Shown here piece after piece: positions 1 through 7,796 of a stretch of DNA of 35,098 nt (positions are counted from its first letter, which is position 1; each line of letters begins with the position of its first letter). The position numbers and the translations under genes were made by a program. Source of the DNA: a virus (Duplodnaviria; Caudoviricetes). The notes below the pieces were generated by a model. It was not told the origin of the DNA, ran no database searches, and was given only the letters and a program-made list of their open reading frames with translations. The stretch spans positions 1 to 35,098 of IMG/VR virus record IMGVR_UViG_3300042199_000161. One strand, written 5' to 3'.

Positions 1-1
1 C

Positions 2-916
2 CTTATCAGCCCCCGCTTCCAGTTTGCGTGGGACTCGACATCAATCGGTGCGTTTAAGACGTGCCCGCGCTACTACCAACTGAGCATTTTAGAGGGGTGG
101 CAGCCGCGTGAAACATCCGTGCATTTGATTTTCGGTCTGCACTTTCACTCCGCGCTCGAACGCTACGACCATCTGCGTTTCGGCGGCATGGATTATGACC
201 AAGCTGTGCGCGAAGTGGTGAAATATGTGTTGACAATTACCTGGGACGAGAAAAAAAATCGTCCGTGGCTTTCAGACGATCCGAACAAAAATCGCATGAC
301 GCTCCTGCGCTCGGTCGTTTGGTATTTGGATCAGTTCAAAGATGATCCGATTGAAACGGTGAGACTGGCGAATGGCAAGCCTGCAGTCGAACTTTCGTTC
401 CGTTTCGACAGCGGTTATCAATCGCGCAACGGGGAGACGATTTTGCTCTGCGGGCATCTTGATCGCCTTGCCTCGCTAAACGGCAAAGCGTTTGTGCTCG
501 ACCGCAAAACCACCAAAAGCACAATCAACCAGTCGTTCTTCGACAAGTTCACACCTGACAACCAGATGTCGCTCTACGCCATCGCCGGGAAGATCGTTTA
601 CAACGTGCAGATCGAAGGGATCATTGTGGATGGCGCGCAGATCGCACAAACATTCACGCGCTTCTTGCGTGGTGTTGTGCCACGCACGGAGTCTGGCCTT
701 GAGGAATGGTATTTCGATCTCGGCCAATACATCGCGACAGCCGAACTTTACGCGGCCCAGAACTATTGGCCCATGAACGACAAATCCTGCGGCATGTATG
801 GCGGTTGCCCGTTCCGCAAAATCTGCGGGCTTCCTCCCAGCGTTCGACATGAATGGCTGCGCGCTGATTTCACCAAACGCATTTGGGACCCGCTGCAAGT
901 TCGTGGAGACATCTGA
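2..916 (+). CDS. PD-(D/E)XK exonuclease, Cas4/AddB-like with Fe-S cysteines (5' truncated)
   Basis: Frame is open from position 2 (LISPRFQFAWDSTSIGAFKTCPRYY...), so it extends upstream of the listed ORF. N-terminal CPR cysteine, core GHLDRL...VLDRKTT, QMSLY, and C-terminal C-GMYGG-CPFRKI-C give the 1+3 Cys pattern. Confidence 0.85.
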   Translation, partial: LISPRFQFAWDSTSIGAFKTCPRYYQLSILEGWQPRETSVHLIFGLHFHSALERYDHLRFGGMDYDQAVREVVKYVLTITWDEKKNRPWLSDDPNKNRMTLLRSVVWYLDQFKDDPIETVRLANGKPAVELSFRFDSGYQSRNGETILLCGHLDRLASLNGKAFVLDRKTTKSTINQSFFDKFTPDNQMSLYAIAGKIVYNVQIEGIIVDGAQIAQTFTRFLRGVVPRTESGLEEWYFDLGQYIATAELYAAQNYWPMNDKSCGMYGGCPFRKICGLPPSVRHEWLRADFTKRIWDPLQVRGDI

Positions 917-1068
917 TGAAAACCGCTCACGAATACATGCTTGCTCTTCCCAAAGAGGAAATGACAGGCAACGTCAAAGCAATGGTGGACATCATTCTGC
1001 TCGACGCTGAACGTGAAATCGAAGAAGCCGCGATAGAAGCAGCGTTAGATGATGAGGCTGAGGAATGA
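916..1068 (+). CDS. Small acidic hypothetical protein (50 aa)
   Basis: ATG overlaps the upstream stop (TGATG) with GGAG upstream; MKTAHEYML...ALDDEAEE. Confidence 0.6.
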   Translation: MKTAHEYMLALPKEEMTGNVKAMVDIILLDAEREIEEAAIEAALDDEAEE

Positions 1069-1214
1069 GCGTTCATATCGTTCGTCATTCTGACGATGGT
1101 TTTATCGTCATCGTCTTTGATCGCAAAACCCAGAACTGGATCGCCGTCGCCATCACACCACACGAAAATCTCGCAAAACAAATCGAAAAGGTTTTATCAA
1201 ATGCCATCCCTTAA
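1065..1214 (+). CDS. Small hypothetical protein (49 aa, MSVHIVRHSDDGFIVIVFDRK...)
   Basis: Read manually (below the ORF-track cutoff). ATGA overlap with the previous gene, GAGG upstream, fills the gap to the ATPase. Confidence 0.55.
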   Translation: MSVHIVRHSDDGFIVIVFDRKTQNWIAVAITPHENLAKQIEKVLSNAIP

Positions 1215-2004
1215 AGACCATCACTCCGCAGACACCACCAAACTACTTTTTGTAGGTGACTCAGGGTCTGGAAAGACCGGCGCTCTCGCGTCCCTTGCAG
1301 CCGCCGGTTACAAAGTTCGCATCCTCGATCTCGACAACGGTGTGGACGTGCTGCGCGATTTGCTCACGTCAAGCAAATACCCGAAAGACGCAGTTGCGAA
1401 CGTGGACTACGTGACGATCACGGAGCCCATGAAAAACGTGGGCGGCAAACTGATCCCCGCGAAGGCGTCTGTCTGGCAGCGCACCGCTGGCATGTTGGGT
1501 GATTGGAAAGACGGCGACACGAACCTCGGCCCGATCACCACATGGGACAGCAAAACAGTCCTTGTGATTGATAGCCTGACAATGCTTTCGGACGCAGCGC
1601 TTTCCTACATCCTCGCCATGAACGGTCGCCTCGGCCAGCACCCGCATCAGTCCGACTGGGGCCTTGCACAAGTCCTCGTCGAGAACCTTCTGCGTATGCT
1701 CTACGACGAGTCCGTAAAATGCAACGTGATTATAAATTGCCATATCAAACCGATGGGAGACGATAGTGGGCCGGAGCGTTACTATCCTAACACCTTGGGA
1801 AAAGCTCTCCCTCCGAAAGTCGGTCGTTATTTCAACACAGTCCTGCTCGCCCAAAGTTCCGGTCGCGGCACTTCGCTCAAGCGCCAAATCTTCACGACCT
1901 CGCAAGGCACGATTGAATGCAAGAATACTGCGCCGTCTAAAGTGCAGCCATCTTATCCGCTCGAAACAGGTCTAGCCGACTATTTCGCAGCTGTCAGGAA
2001 TTGA
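1201..2004 (+). CDS. AAA-family P-loop ATPase (AAA_24/Sak4-like recombination ATPase)
   Basis: Walker A GDSGSGKT, Walker B VLVIDSLT, ILDLDNG; position between a nuclease and an SSB-like gene. Start moved to ATG 1201. Confidence 0.8.
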   Translation: MPSLKDHHSADTTKLLFVGDSGSGKTGALASLAAAGYKVRILDLDNGVDVLRDLLTSSKYPKDAVANVDYVTITEPMKNVGGKLIPAKASVWQRTAGMLGDWKDGDTNLGPITTWDSKTVLVIDSLTMLSDAALSYILAMNGRLGQHPHQSDWGLAQVLVENLLRMLYDESVKCNVIINCHIKPMGDDSGPERYYPNTLGKALPPKVGRYFNTVLLAQSSGRGTSLKRQIFTTSQGTIECKNTAPSKVQPSYPLETGLADYFAAVRN

Positions 2005-2037
2005 CGCGAATGCGTCAATGCTCGCCCCTCACGGGGC
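2000..2037. promoter_or_regulatory. Two adjacent inverted repeats between ATPase and SSB-like gene
   Basis: ATTGACGC-gaat-GCGTCAAT (2000-2019, perfect 8 bp) followed by GCCCC-tcac-GGGGC (2024-2037). Confidence 0.4.
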
Positions 2038-2057
2038 ATATCACTATGGAGTAAACC

Positions 2058-2495
2058 ATGTCTGTTAATTTCAAAGAACTGCTCTCAACCAAACTCGATG
2101 ATGTCAAGGCTCCTCTCGCTCTCCCCGAAGGCACTTATCACGGCACTATCGCTTCTTTCGAATACGGAGATAACAACAAGAACAAAACCCCTTACGTGCG
2201 TTTTGGTTTGAAGTTCCATTCGGCCAGCGATGACGTTGACCCGAAGGACCTCGCGGACATCGACCTGTCGAGCCGCAAGCTGTCCACGGACTTTTACCTC
2301 ACGCCGGACGCTCGCTTTCGCTTGAAGGATTTTCTCGTCAGCCTCGGACTCCAGACCGAAGGTTCTTCTTTTGACGAGTTGATCCCGGAGGCCGTTGGTC
2401 AGAGCGTTCTCGCGTATGTCACGCAGCGTTTTAACCCGGAGCGCCCGGATGATCCGCCGCGTAACAACATCAAGAGCGTGAAGGGCGAGGCGTAA
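2058..2495 (+). CDS. Putative ssDNA-binding protein (DUF669-like)
   Basis: GGAG RBS; LPEGTYHGTI N-terminal motif and RNNIKSV end are typical of this phage family; follows the Sak4-like ATPase. Confidence 0.65.
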   Translation: MSVNFKELLSTKLDDVKAPLALPEGTYHGTIASFEYGDNNKNKTPYVRFGLKFHSASDDVDPKDLADIDLSSRKLSTDFYLTPDARFRLKDFLVSLGLQTEGSSFDELIPEAVGQSVLAYVTQRFNPERPDDPPRNNIKSVKGEA

Positions 2496-2521
2496 TCGCA
2501 ACAGGCCCTTGGCCTAACAAC

Positions 2522-2550
2522 GGGGGAGGCAGGAGCCTTTTGCCTCCCCC
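2522..2550 (+). terminator. GC-rich hairpin (terminator or processing/stability element)
   Basis: GGGGGAGGCA-9 nt-TGCCTCCCCC, a perfect 10 bp stem just after the SSB-like gene; no clear U tract. Confidence 0.5.
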
Positions 2551-2573
2551 ACTCACCTGTCAGGAATTTGAAA

Positions 2574-4025
2574 ATGGAAATCGCTCTCAAAGACATTTGG
2601 ATCGACCGCGCAAATCGACAGCGGAAAGAGATCGTCGTTGACGATCTGCTGGAAAGCATTCCGCGCAATGGTGTGCTGGTCCCGATTATTGTTTTGCCAG
2701 AAGAAGGCCCTGCGGGTCAGCCCTACAAACTTGTGGCGGGTGAACGCCGTTACACCGCCAGCACAAAACTAAACCGCGCCACGATCCCCGCCCATTTGCT
2801 GACAGAACTTTCCCCCATCGAGCAGCGGGTTGTGGAATTTGAAGAAAATTTGCGCCGTAAAGATTTGGGTTGGCAGGACCAGTGCCTTGCGATGGCTGGA
2901 TTGCATGAAGTGCTGGGCCAGCAGAATGGTCCCGAATGGAATTACACAAAGACCGCCGAAAACCTGGGGTATTCCCCGGCGTGGGTGCAGCGGTGCTGCC
3001 GGGTCGCCAAGGAACTTTACCGGGACAACGTGCGCCAGATGGAGTCTGCGACAAGGGCGTATAATTTTATCTCGCGAGAGGACGAACGGGTGGCGGCGGA
3101 CGCCGTAAGCAATCTATTGTCAACAGCCACAGAGGCGGTCGCTGATAGGCTTTCGGGGCAATCCGGTATAGACCCCCTAGACGACCTATTGAACGCAACC
3201 ACCGCCCCGGAAAATCAATCCTCCGGCCTATCCCCGGACGCGCCCGCGAAAAGTGCCCGACATGCGCCCCTAATCACGCCCGCCGAGGCTTCAATCCTCC
3301 AGCAGTCCTTCCTCGACTGGGCTCCAGCCTATCGCGGCGAACCCTTTAATCTTATCCACTGCGACTTCCCCTACGGCGTGAATGTTTTCGGCGGCGCTTG
3401 GTCAGGCAAAAAGTCTTGGAACAACTACGACGACGCAGCAGACGTTTACGAAAAACTAATCCATGCGCTTTGCACAAACCTCGACCGCATCATGGCGCAC
3501 AGCGGGCACTTGGTCTTTTGGCTATCTGGCGACATCAAAATCCAAGCCAAGACCCTCGAAATGTTTGCCGAGTTGGCCCCGCAGCTTTCGTTCTGCAATT
3601 TCCCGTTGATCTGGGTCAAAAGCGACAACGTGGGTATCGTGCCTGATCCCAAGCGCGAGCCCAGAAGAATTTACGAGACGGCCCTGATCGCCTCTCGTGA
3701 AGATAGGCTGTTGGTTAAGCCTGTCAGTAATGCGATTGCGTCCCCCACAAACAAGGAGAACCATCCCCATACCAAACCCGAGCCAGTGCTAAAACACTTC
3801 CTACAAATGTTCGTGGACAGCAACACTCGTATGCTGGACCCGACATGCGGAGGCGGATCATCCCTTCGCGCAGCCGAAGCCCTTGGTGCCGAGTATGTTC
3901 TTGGCCTCGAGATTGACGATGACTACGTGGCGAACGCGAGGCGAGCCCTCAATCACTCTCGTGTTTTACGCAAAGCCTCGTCCATGCAAAAGGAGCAAAA
4001 GAATGACACAGGAAAATCTAGCTGA
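2574..4025 (+). CDS. ParB/Srx-domain plus N6-A/N4-C DNA methyltransferase fusion
   Basis: N-terminal LVAGERR and EENLRRKDL (ParB) with an HTH-like segment; C-terminal CDFPY (motif IV variant), HPHTKP and MLDPTCGGGSS (motif I) in beta-class order. Confidence 0.85.
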   Translation: MEIALKDIWIDRANRQRKEIVVDDLLESIPRNGVLVPIIVLPEEGPAGQPYKLVAGERRYTASTKLNRATIPAHLLTELSPIEQRVVEFEENLRRKDLGWQDQCLAMAGLHEVLGQQNGPEWNYTKTAENLGYSPAWVQRCCRVAKELYRDNVRQMESATRAYNFISREDERVAADAVSNLLSTATEAVADRLSGQSGIDPLDDLLNATTAPENQSSGLSPDAPAKSARHAPLITPAEASILQQSFLDWAPAYRGEPFNLIHCDFPYGVNVFGGAWSGKKSWNNYDDAADVYEKLIHALCTNLDRIMAHSGHLVFWLSGDIKIQAKTLEMFAELAPQLSFCNFPLIWVKSDNVGIVPDPKREPRRIYETALIASREDRLLVKPVSNAIASPTNKENHPHTKPEPVLKHFLQMFVDSNTRMLDPTCGGGSSLRAAEALGAEYVLGLEIDDDYVANARRALNHSRVLRKASSMQKEQKNDTGKSS

Positions 4026-4440
4026 ACGCATCAACATTCACGAACTTTACGAAACCATTGCTGACATCAAGCCGACAGCCAACAAGGAGCCTGCCGTGAA
4101 CAAAGTCCCAACCCCCGTCACGAACAGCAACCCGCAGCTCACCATCATTGCAGACGCCATGAAGCGGGCTGAAAAACTTTTCGCCACGAAGAACGCTGAG
4201 TATGGCGACAAGGCTGACATCCTCGCAAACTTCCGTCGCCTCGCAGACCAGCAGGGCGTTCCCATGTCAACCGCCTGGTTCTTTCTTGCTGGCAAACACA
4301 TCGACACCATCACACAGTATGTGAAGGACGTGCGTGAGAATAAGAACCGTTCGCGAAGCGAGCCCATCCGTGATCGCATCGACGACATGGTTGTTTACAG
4401 CATTCTGCTGCTCGCCATTGTGGCCGAGGAAAACCGCTAA
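4003..4440 (+). CDS. Nucleotide-modification-associated helical protein (DUF1599/Nmad-like, MazG-type NTP pyrophosphatase fold suspected)
   Basis: AGGAG RBS then ATG 4003; KNAEYG...ANF, KHID and RIDDMVVYSILL motifs. Confidence 0.6.
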   Translation: MTQENLAERINIHELYETIADIKPTANKEPAVNKVPTPVTNSNPQLTIIADAMKRAEKLFATKNAEYGDKADILANFRRLADQQGVPMSTAWFFLAGKHIDTITQYVKDVRENKNRSRSEPIRDRIDDMVVYSILLLAIVAEENR

Positions 4441-4682
4441 TGCCTGAATTAACTTATGGCGAGAAGATCGTCCGCAAGTCTTTCAACCCTTCCGAGTCCG
4501 CAGACGTGAAAGAAGCAAAGCGTCTGTGCGCGGAGATGATCGACTTTTGCTACAACATGACTCCCGCCAAACCAGACACCGTGCTTCTGCAAGAAGAAGA
4601 ACGCCTGTTTGGAAATGCCGCCACAGCTTTTGAAGAAGGCTGCATGTGGCTCGTCAAGGCACTAACTGTGAAAGCGCAGTAA
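4440..4682 (+). CDS. Acb2/Tad1-like helical hairpin protein (candidate cyclic-nucleotide sponge)
   Basis: 80 aa, TAATG-coupled; GEKIVRKSFNPS...R-LFGNAATAFEEGCMWLVKALT resembles the family's R..A.T..EEA.MW.VKA C-terminal helix. Confidence 0.55.
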   Translation: MPELTYGEKIVRKSFNPSESADVKEAKRLCAEMIDFCYNMTPAKPDTVLLQEEERLFGNAATAFEEGCMWLVKALTVKAQ

Positions 4683-4683
4683 A

Positions 4684-5739
4684 ATGCACAACGCAGCGCC
4701 AGCATTTGCTCACACGTCAGGCCCCAAAGACGCAAAGATTGCGATTGTGGGCGAGGCATGGGGTGAACAGGAAGCACTTATCGGCAAGCCGTTTCAAGGT
4801 TACAGCGGTCAAGAGTTGACTCGCATGTTGCAAGAGGCTGGCCTTTCCCGACGCGAATGTTTTCTGACAAACGTGCTGGCGCTGCGTCCCCCGAACAATG
4901 ACCTTCAAGCACTCTGCGTGAAAAAAGCAGACTGCGGAGAGGACTATCCCCATCCGCATCTCGGCAAAGTCGGTCAATACCTCGCCCCCGAATATCTTTC
5001 AGAATTGGAGCGCCTCCGTGAAGAATTGGAAGAAGTTCGTCCTAATCTCGTTATCGCTTTGGGGGCTACAGCTTGTTGGGCTTTGCTTGGCACTAACGGT
5101 ATTGGAGCTTTACGCGGAACAGTGGCAACAGGAACTCTTGTTAGCAGCAAAGTCCTCCCAACCTATCACCCAGCGGCGGTCTTGCGTAATTGGGCCTGGA
5201 GACCGATTGCCCTCGCGGATTTAATCAAAGCGAAACGTGAGAGCGCGTATGCTGAAATCAAACGACCGCAGCGTTTCATACTTGTAAACCCTACGATTGC
5301 AGAGTGCATTGAGTGGATCAAACGTCATGTTCGCGCCGAAACCGCCTGCGACATCGAGACAAAATACGGCATGATCGAAATGATAGGGTTTAGTGCAAGT
5401 GCTGAACACGCAATGGTTGTGCCTTTTTGGGATCGCTCGAAAGGCGGAAACTTTTGGCCTTCTGTTGCCGACGAGCGTTCGGCCCGCAATGTCGTGCGAA
5501 GCATTCTGGAAAATCCTTTCGTCACCAAAATCTTCCAGAACGGTCTTTATGACTTGCAATACCTTATGAAAGAAGGTTATCGTCCGCGTTCATGTCTCGA
5601 AGATACGATGCTTTACCACCATGCCCTTTATCCAGAAATGCAAAAAGGGCTGGGCTTCTTAGGCTCCATTTACACTTCCGAACCTGCGTGGAAAACAATG
5701 CGCGGGAAGAAGATCACGGAGATGAAAAAGGATGACTGA
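4684..5739 (+). CDS. Uracil-DNA glycosylase (family 4/SPO1-polymerase type) fused to a partial 3'-5' exonuclease; N-terminal part of a split PolA
   Basis: UDG motifs IVGEAWG.QE...PFQGYSG, TNV...RPPNN, TYHPAAVLR; then ExoI CDIET, ExoII QNGLYD and DTML. No ExoIII before the stop. Confidence 0.85.
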   Translation: MHNAAPAFAHTSGPKDAKIAIVGEAWGEQEALIGKPFQGYSGQELTRMLQEAGLSRRECFLTNVLALRPPNNDLQALCVKKADCGEDYPHPHLGKVGQYLAPEYLSELERLREELEEVRPNLVIALGATACWALLGTNGIGALRGTVATGTLVSSKVLPTYHPAAVLRNWAWRPIALADLIKAKRESAYAEIKRPQRFILVNPTIAECIEWIKRHVRAETACDIETKYGMIEMIGFSASAEHAMVVPFWDRSKGGNFWPSVADERSARNVVRSILENPFVTKIFQNGLYDLQYLMKEGYRPRSCLEDTMLYHHALYPEMQKGLGFLGSIYTSEPAWKTMRGKKITEMKKDD

Positions 5740-5974
5740 CATTTATAACTTCAAAATGCTCACGACATGGCATGATTGCGAATGCTGCGGATCATATTAC
5801 GATATGGAGTTAGAAATTTATCGTGGTGAAGATTTTGTTACGTCCTTTTATAAAGACGGCCATTTTGGAAATGGCGATAATGTGGAGGATATTGTGCAAA
5901 TGCTGCCAAAGATTTTCGAAGCAATAGGATTGAAAGCGACGTGCGAGGAAATAACCACCGATGCAGAGTCGTAA
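5732..5974 (+). CDS. Small acidic protein with HDCECCG motif
   Basis: Overlaps both neighbours; AT-richer than flanks; Cys cluster. Confidence 0.6.
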   Translation: MTDIYNFKMLTTWHDCECCGSYYDMELEIYRGEDFVTSFYKDGHFGNGDNVEDIVQMLPKIFEAIGLKATCEEITTDAES

Positions 5975-6182
5975 ACATTCCTTTCTCGAGGCGCTTCTAA
6001 ACACCGCCTCCGGGTTTGTGACTTCACTTCTAACCCAATGGCTGGTGTTTCCATGGTTCAACCTACACCCTTCACTCCAAGAGAACCTCAGTCTAACCGC
6101 AATATTTACCATTGTAAGTATTGTCAGGAGCTACGTTTGGCGCAGGACGTTCAATCACCTGCAAACAAAAGGAATGCTCTAA
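5961..6182 (+). CDS. Small two-TM membrane protein of a common phage family
   Basis: GAGG RBS; MQSRKHSFLEALLN...SIVRSYVWRRTFN with two hydrophobic segments. Confidence 0.7.
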   Translation: MQSRKHSFLEALLNTASGFVTSLLTQWLVFPWFNLHPSLQENLSLTAIFTIVSIVRSYVWRRTFNHLQTKGML

Positions 6183-6295
6183 TGATAACCCTTTTCTGCC
6201 TTTCCTATCTCCCGTTTGGTTATTACATCGTGACAGGAAATGAATATGCGCTTGTGCTGTGGATGGCTTTGCTTGCTTTCGTGGCGGTGCTTTAA
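6182..6295 (+). CDS. 37-aa hydrophobic membrane peptide
   Basis: TAATG coupling at both ends; MITLFCLSYLPFGYYIVTGNEYALVLWMALLAFVAVL. Confidence 0.5.
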   Translation: MITLFCLSYLPFGYYIVTGNEYALVLWMALLAFVAVL

Positions 6296-7776
6296 TGCCG
6301 ATCATTGACACGTCCACGCTGCAAGAAGGCATCGTTCTTCCAGAGAACGAACAAATCTATAACGGCCTTGACTGCTGCATCACGCATGAAGTCTTGGACG
6401 CTATTCGAGCGCTTGGTGCTCCCCCGCGCATTTACAATTTCGCCCGTGCCCTGCAAGCACCTGTCATGGCGATGATGCAGCTAGGCTTCCGCATTGACAA
6501 CTACGAACGTCAAAAAGGCATCGAGGCTCTCAATGTCGAAATCGAACGTCTTACTATTCTGCTCAATCGTTTGTCTAACGCTGTTTGGGACAAACCTCTC
6601 AAAGCCAACTCCCCCAAAATGCTGCAAGAATTTTTCTTCGGCGCAATGGGCATTCCTGAAATCTGGACCTCAAAGAAAGGGGAGCGAAAACTCTCCATGG
6701 ACCGAGAGGCCCTTGAAAAACTCGACAATTATTTTCACGCCAGACCTATTGTTGCAACAATCTTATCTATACGAGATGCCGTCAAACAACTCTCAGTTCT
6801 TAACACCGAAGTCGATGCTGACGGGCGAATGAGGACTTCTTACAATGTCGCAGGCACAGAAACGGGACGCTTCAGCAGTTCAACCAATGCTTTCGGCACT
6901 GGCACAAACTTGCAAAATATCACTTCGTCTTTGCGAAAAATGTTTGTGGCTGACCCCGGATACAAAATCTGCGGGATCGACCTTGAACAAGCAGAGTCCA
7001 GAGAAGTGGGATGGCTTTCGGGCACCATTTGTGGTGACTGGTCTTATCTGGACGCCTGCTATAGTGGCGACCTTCACACTCTTGTTGCAAGGACTGCTTG
7101 GCCCGAACTTGCTTGGACCGATGACCCCAAGCGCGACCGCGCCATTGCAGACACACCCTTCTACCGTCACCTCACCTACCGCGACATGGCGAAGAAACTC
7201 GGCCACGGAAGCAATTATCGCGGATTACCTCCGACCATGGCCCGACATGCCAAGCTCCCCGTTGCAGTCGCAGAACAATTCCAAAAGCGATACTTTGATC
7301 GTTTCGCAGGAATACCAAAGTGGCATAGATGGGTCGCCCAACAACTCCAAACCGCCCACCGCATCATCACTCCGCTCGGACGAGAACGCACGTTCTTCGG
7401 GCGCTCGAACGACGACACGACGTTACGGGAGGCGATTGCGTTTTCACCACAGAGCGCGACGGCGGACAGGCTAAACCTCGTGATGTGGCGCATTTGGTAT
7501 CACATGCCTGAAATACAACTTATCGCCCAAGTCCATGACGCTGTTTATTTCCAGTATCCTGAAAAGCTCGATGAAGTTGAAGTCATAACACAAGCCCTTT
7601 CGTATTTCGATCTCGCGTTTGAACACTCGGGTCACAAACTTGTAGTGCCTGGGGAGGCCAAGGTCGGCTGGAATTGGGGAAACTTTGATCCGCAATCCAA
7701 CCCCGATGGCCTCGCTAAATGGAAAAACAAAAAGGACGAGCGCAAACGAACGCCGCTGCTCTCACAAAAACTCTAA
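6295..7776 (+). CDS. polA: Family A DNA polymerase (ExoIII plus polymerase domain; C-terminal part of the split PolA)
   Basis: YNGLD (ExoIII), TETGRFSS, NLQNI, motif A DLEQAESR, motif B RDMAKKLGHGSNY, motif C QVHDA. Start at the TAATG-coupled ATG 6295. Confidence 0.92.
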   Translation: MPIIDTSTLQEGIVLPENEQIYNGLDCCITHEVLDAIRALGAPPRIYNFARALQAPVMAMMQLGFRIDNYERQKGIEALNVEIERLTILLNRLSNAVWDKPLKANSPKMLQEFFFGAMGIPEIWTSKKGERKLSMDREALEKLDNYFHARPIVATILSIRDAVKQLSVLNTEVDADGRMRTSYNVAGTETGRFSSSTNAFGTGTNLQNITSSLRKMFVADPGYKICGIDLEQAESREVGWLSGTICGDWSYLDACYSGDLHTLVARTAWPELAWTDDPKRDRAIADTPFYRHLTYRDMAKKLGHGSNYRGLPPTMARHAKLPVAVAEQFQKRYFDRFAGIPKWHRWVAQQLQTAHRIITPLGRERTFFGRSNDDTTLREAIAFSPQSATADRLNLVMWRIWYHMPEIQLIAQVHDAVYFQYPEKLDEVEVITQALSYFDLAFEHSGHKLVVPGEAKVGWNWGNFDPQSNPDGLAKWKNKKDERKRTPLLSQKL

Positions 7777-7796
7777 AATATTTTAAGGGGCTCAAG

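Noticed and set aside
2-916. Cas4-like gene as evidence of a CRISPR-Cas system
   Set aside because: No repeat-spacer array or other cas genes; stand-alone Cas4-like nucleases are common in phage recombination modules.
5740-6294. Group I intron or split intein explaining the polymerase break
   Set aside because: No intein terminal residues, no homing endonuclease motif, and the gap is fully occupied by coupled ORFs. Not formally excluded without RT-PCR or an Infernal search.
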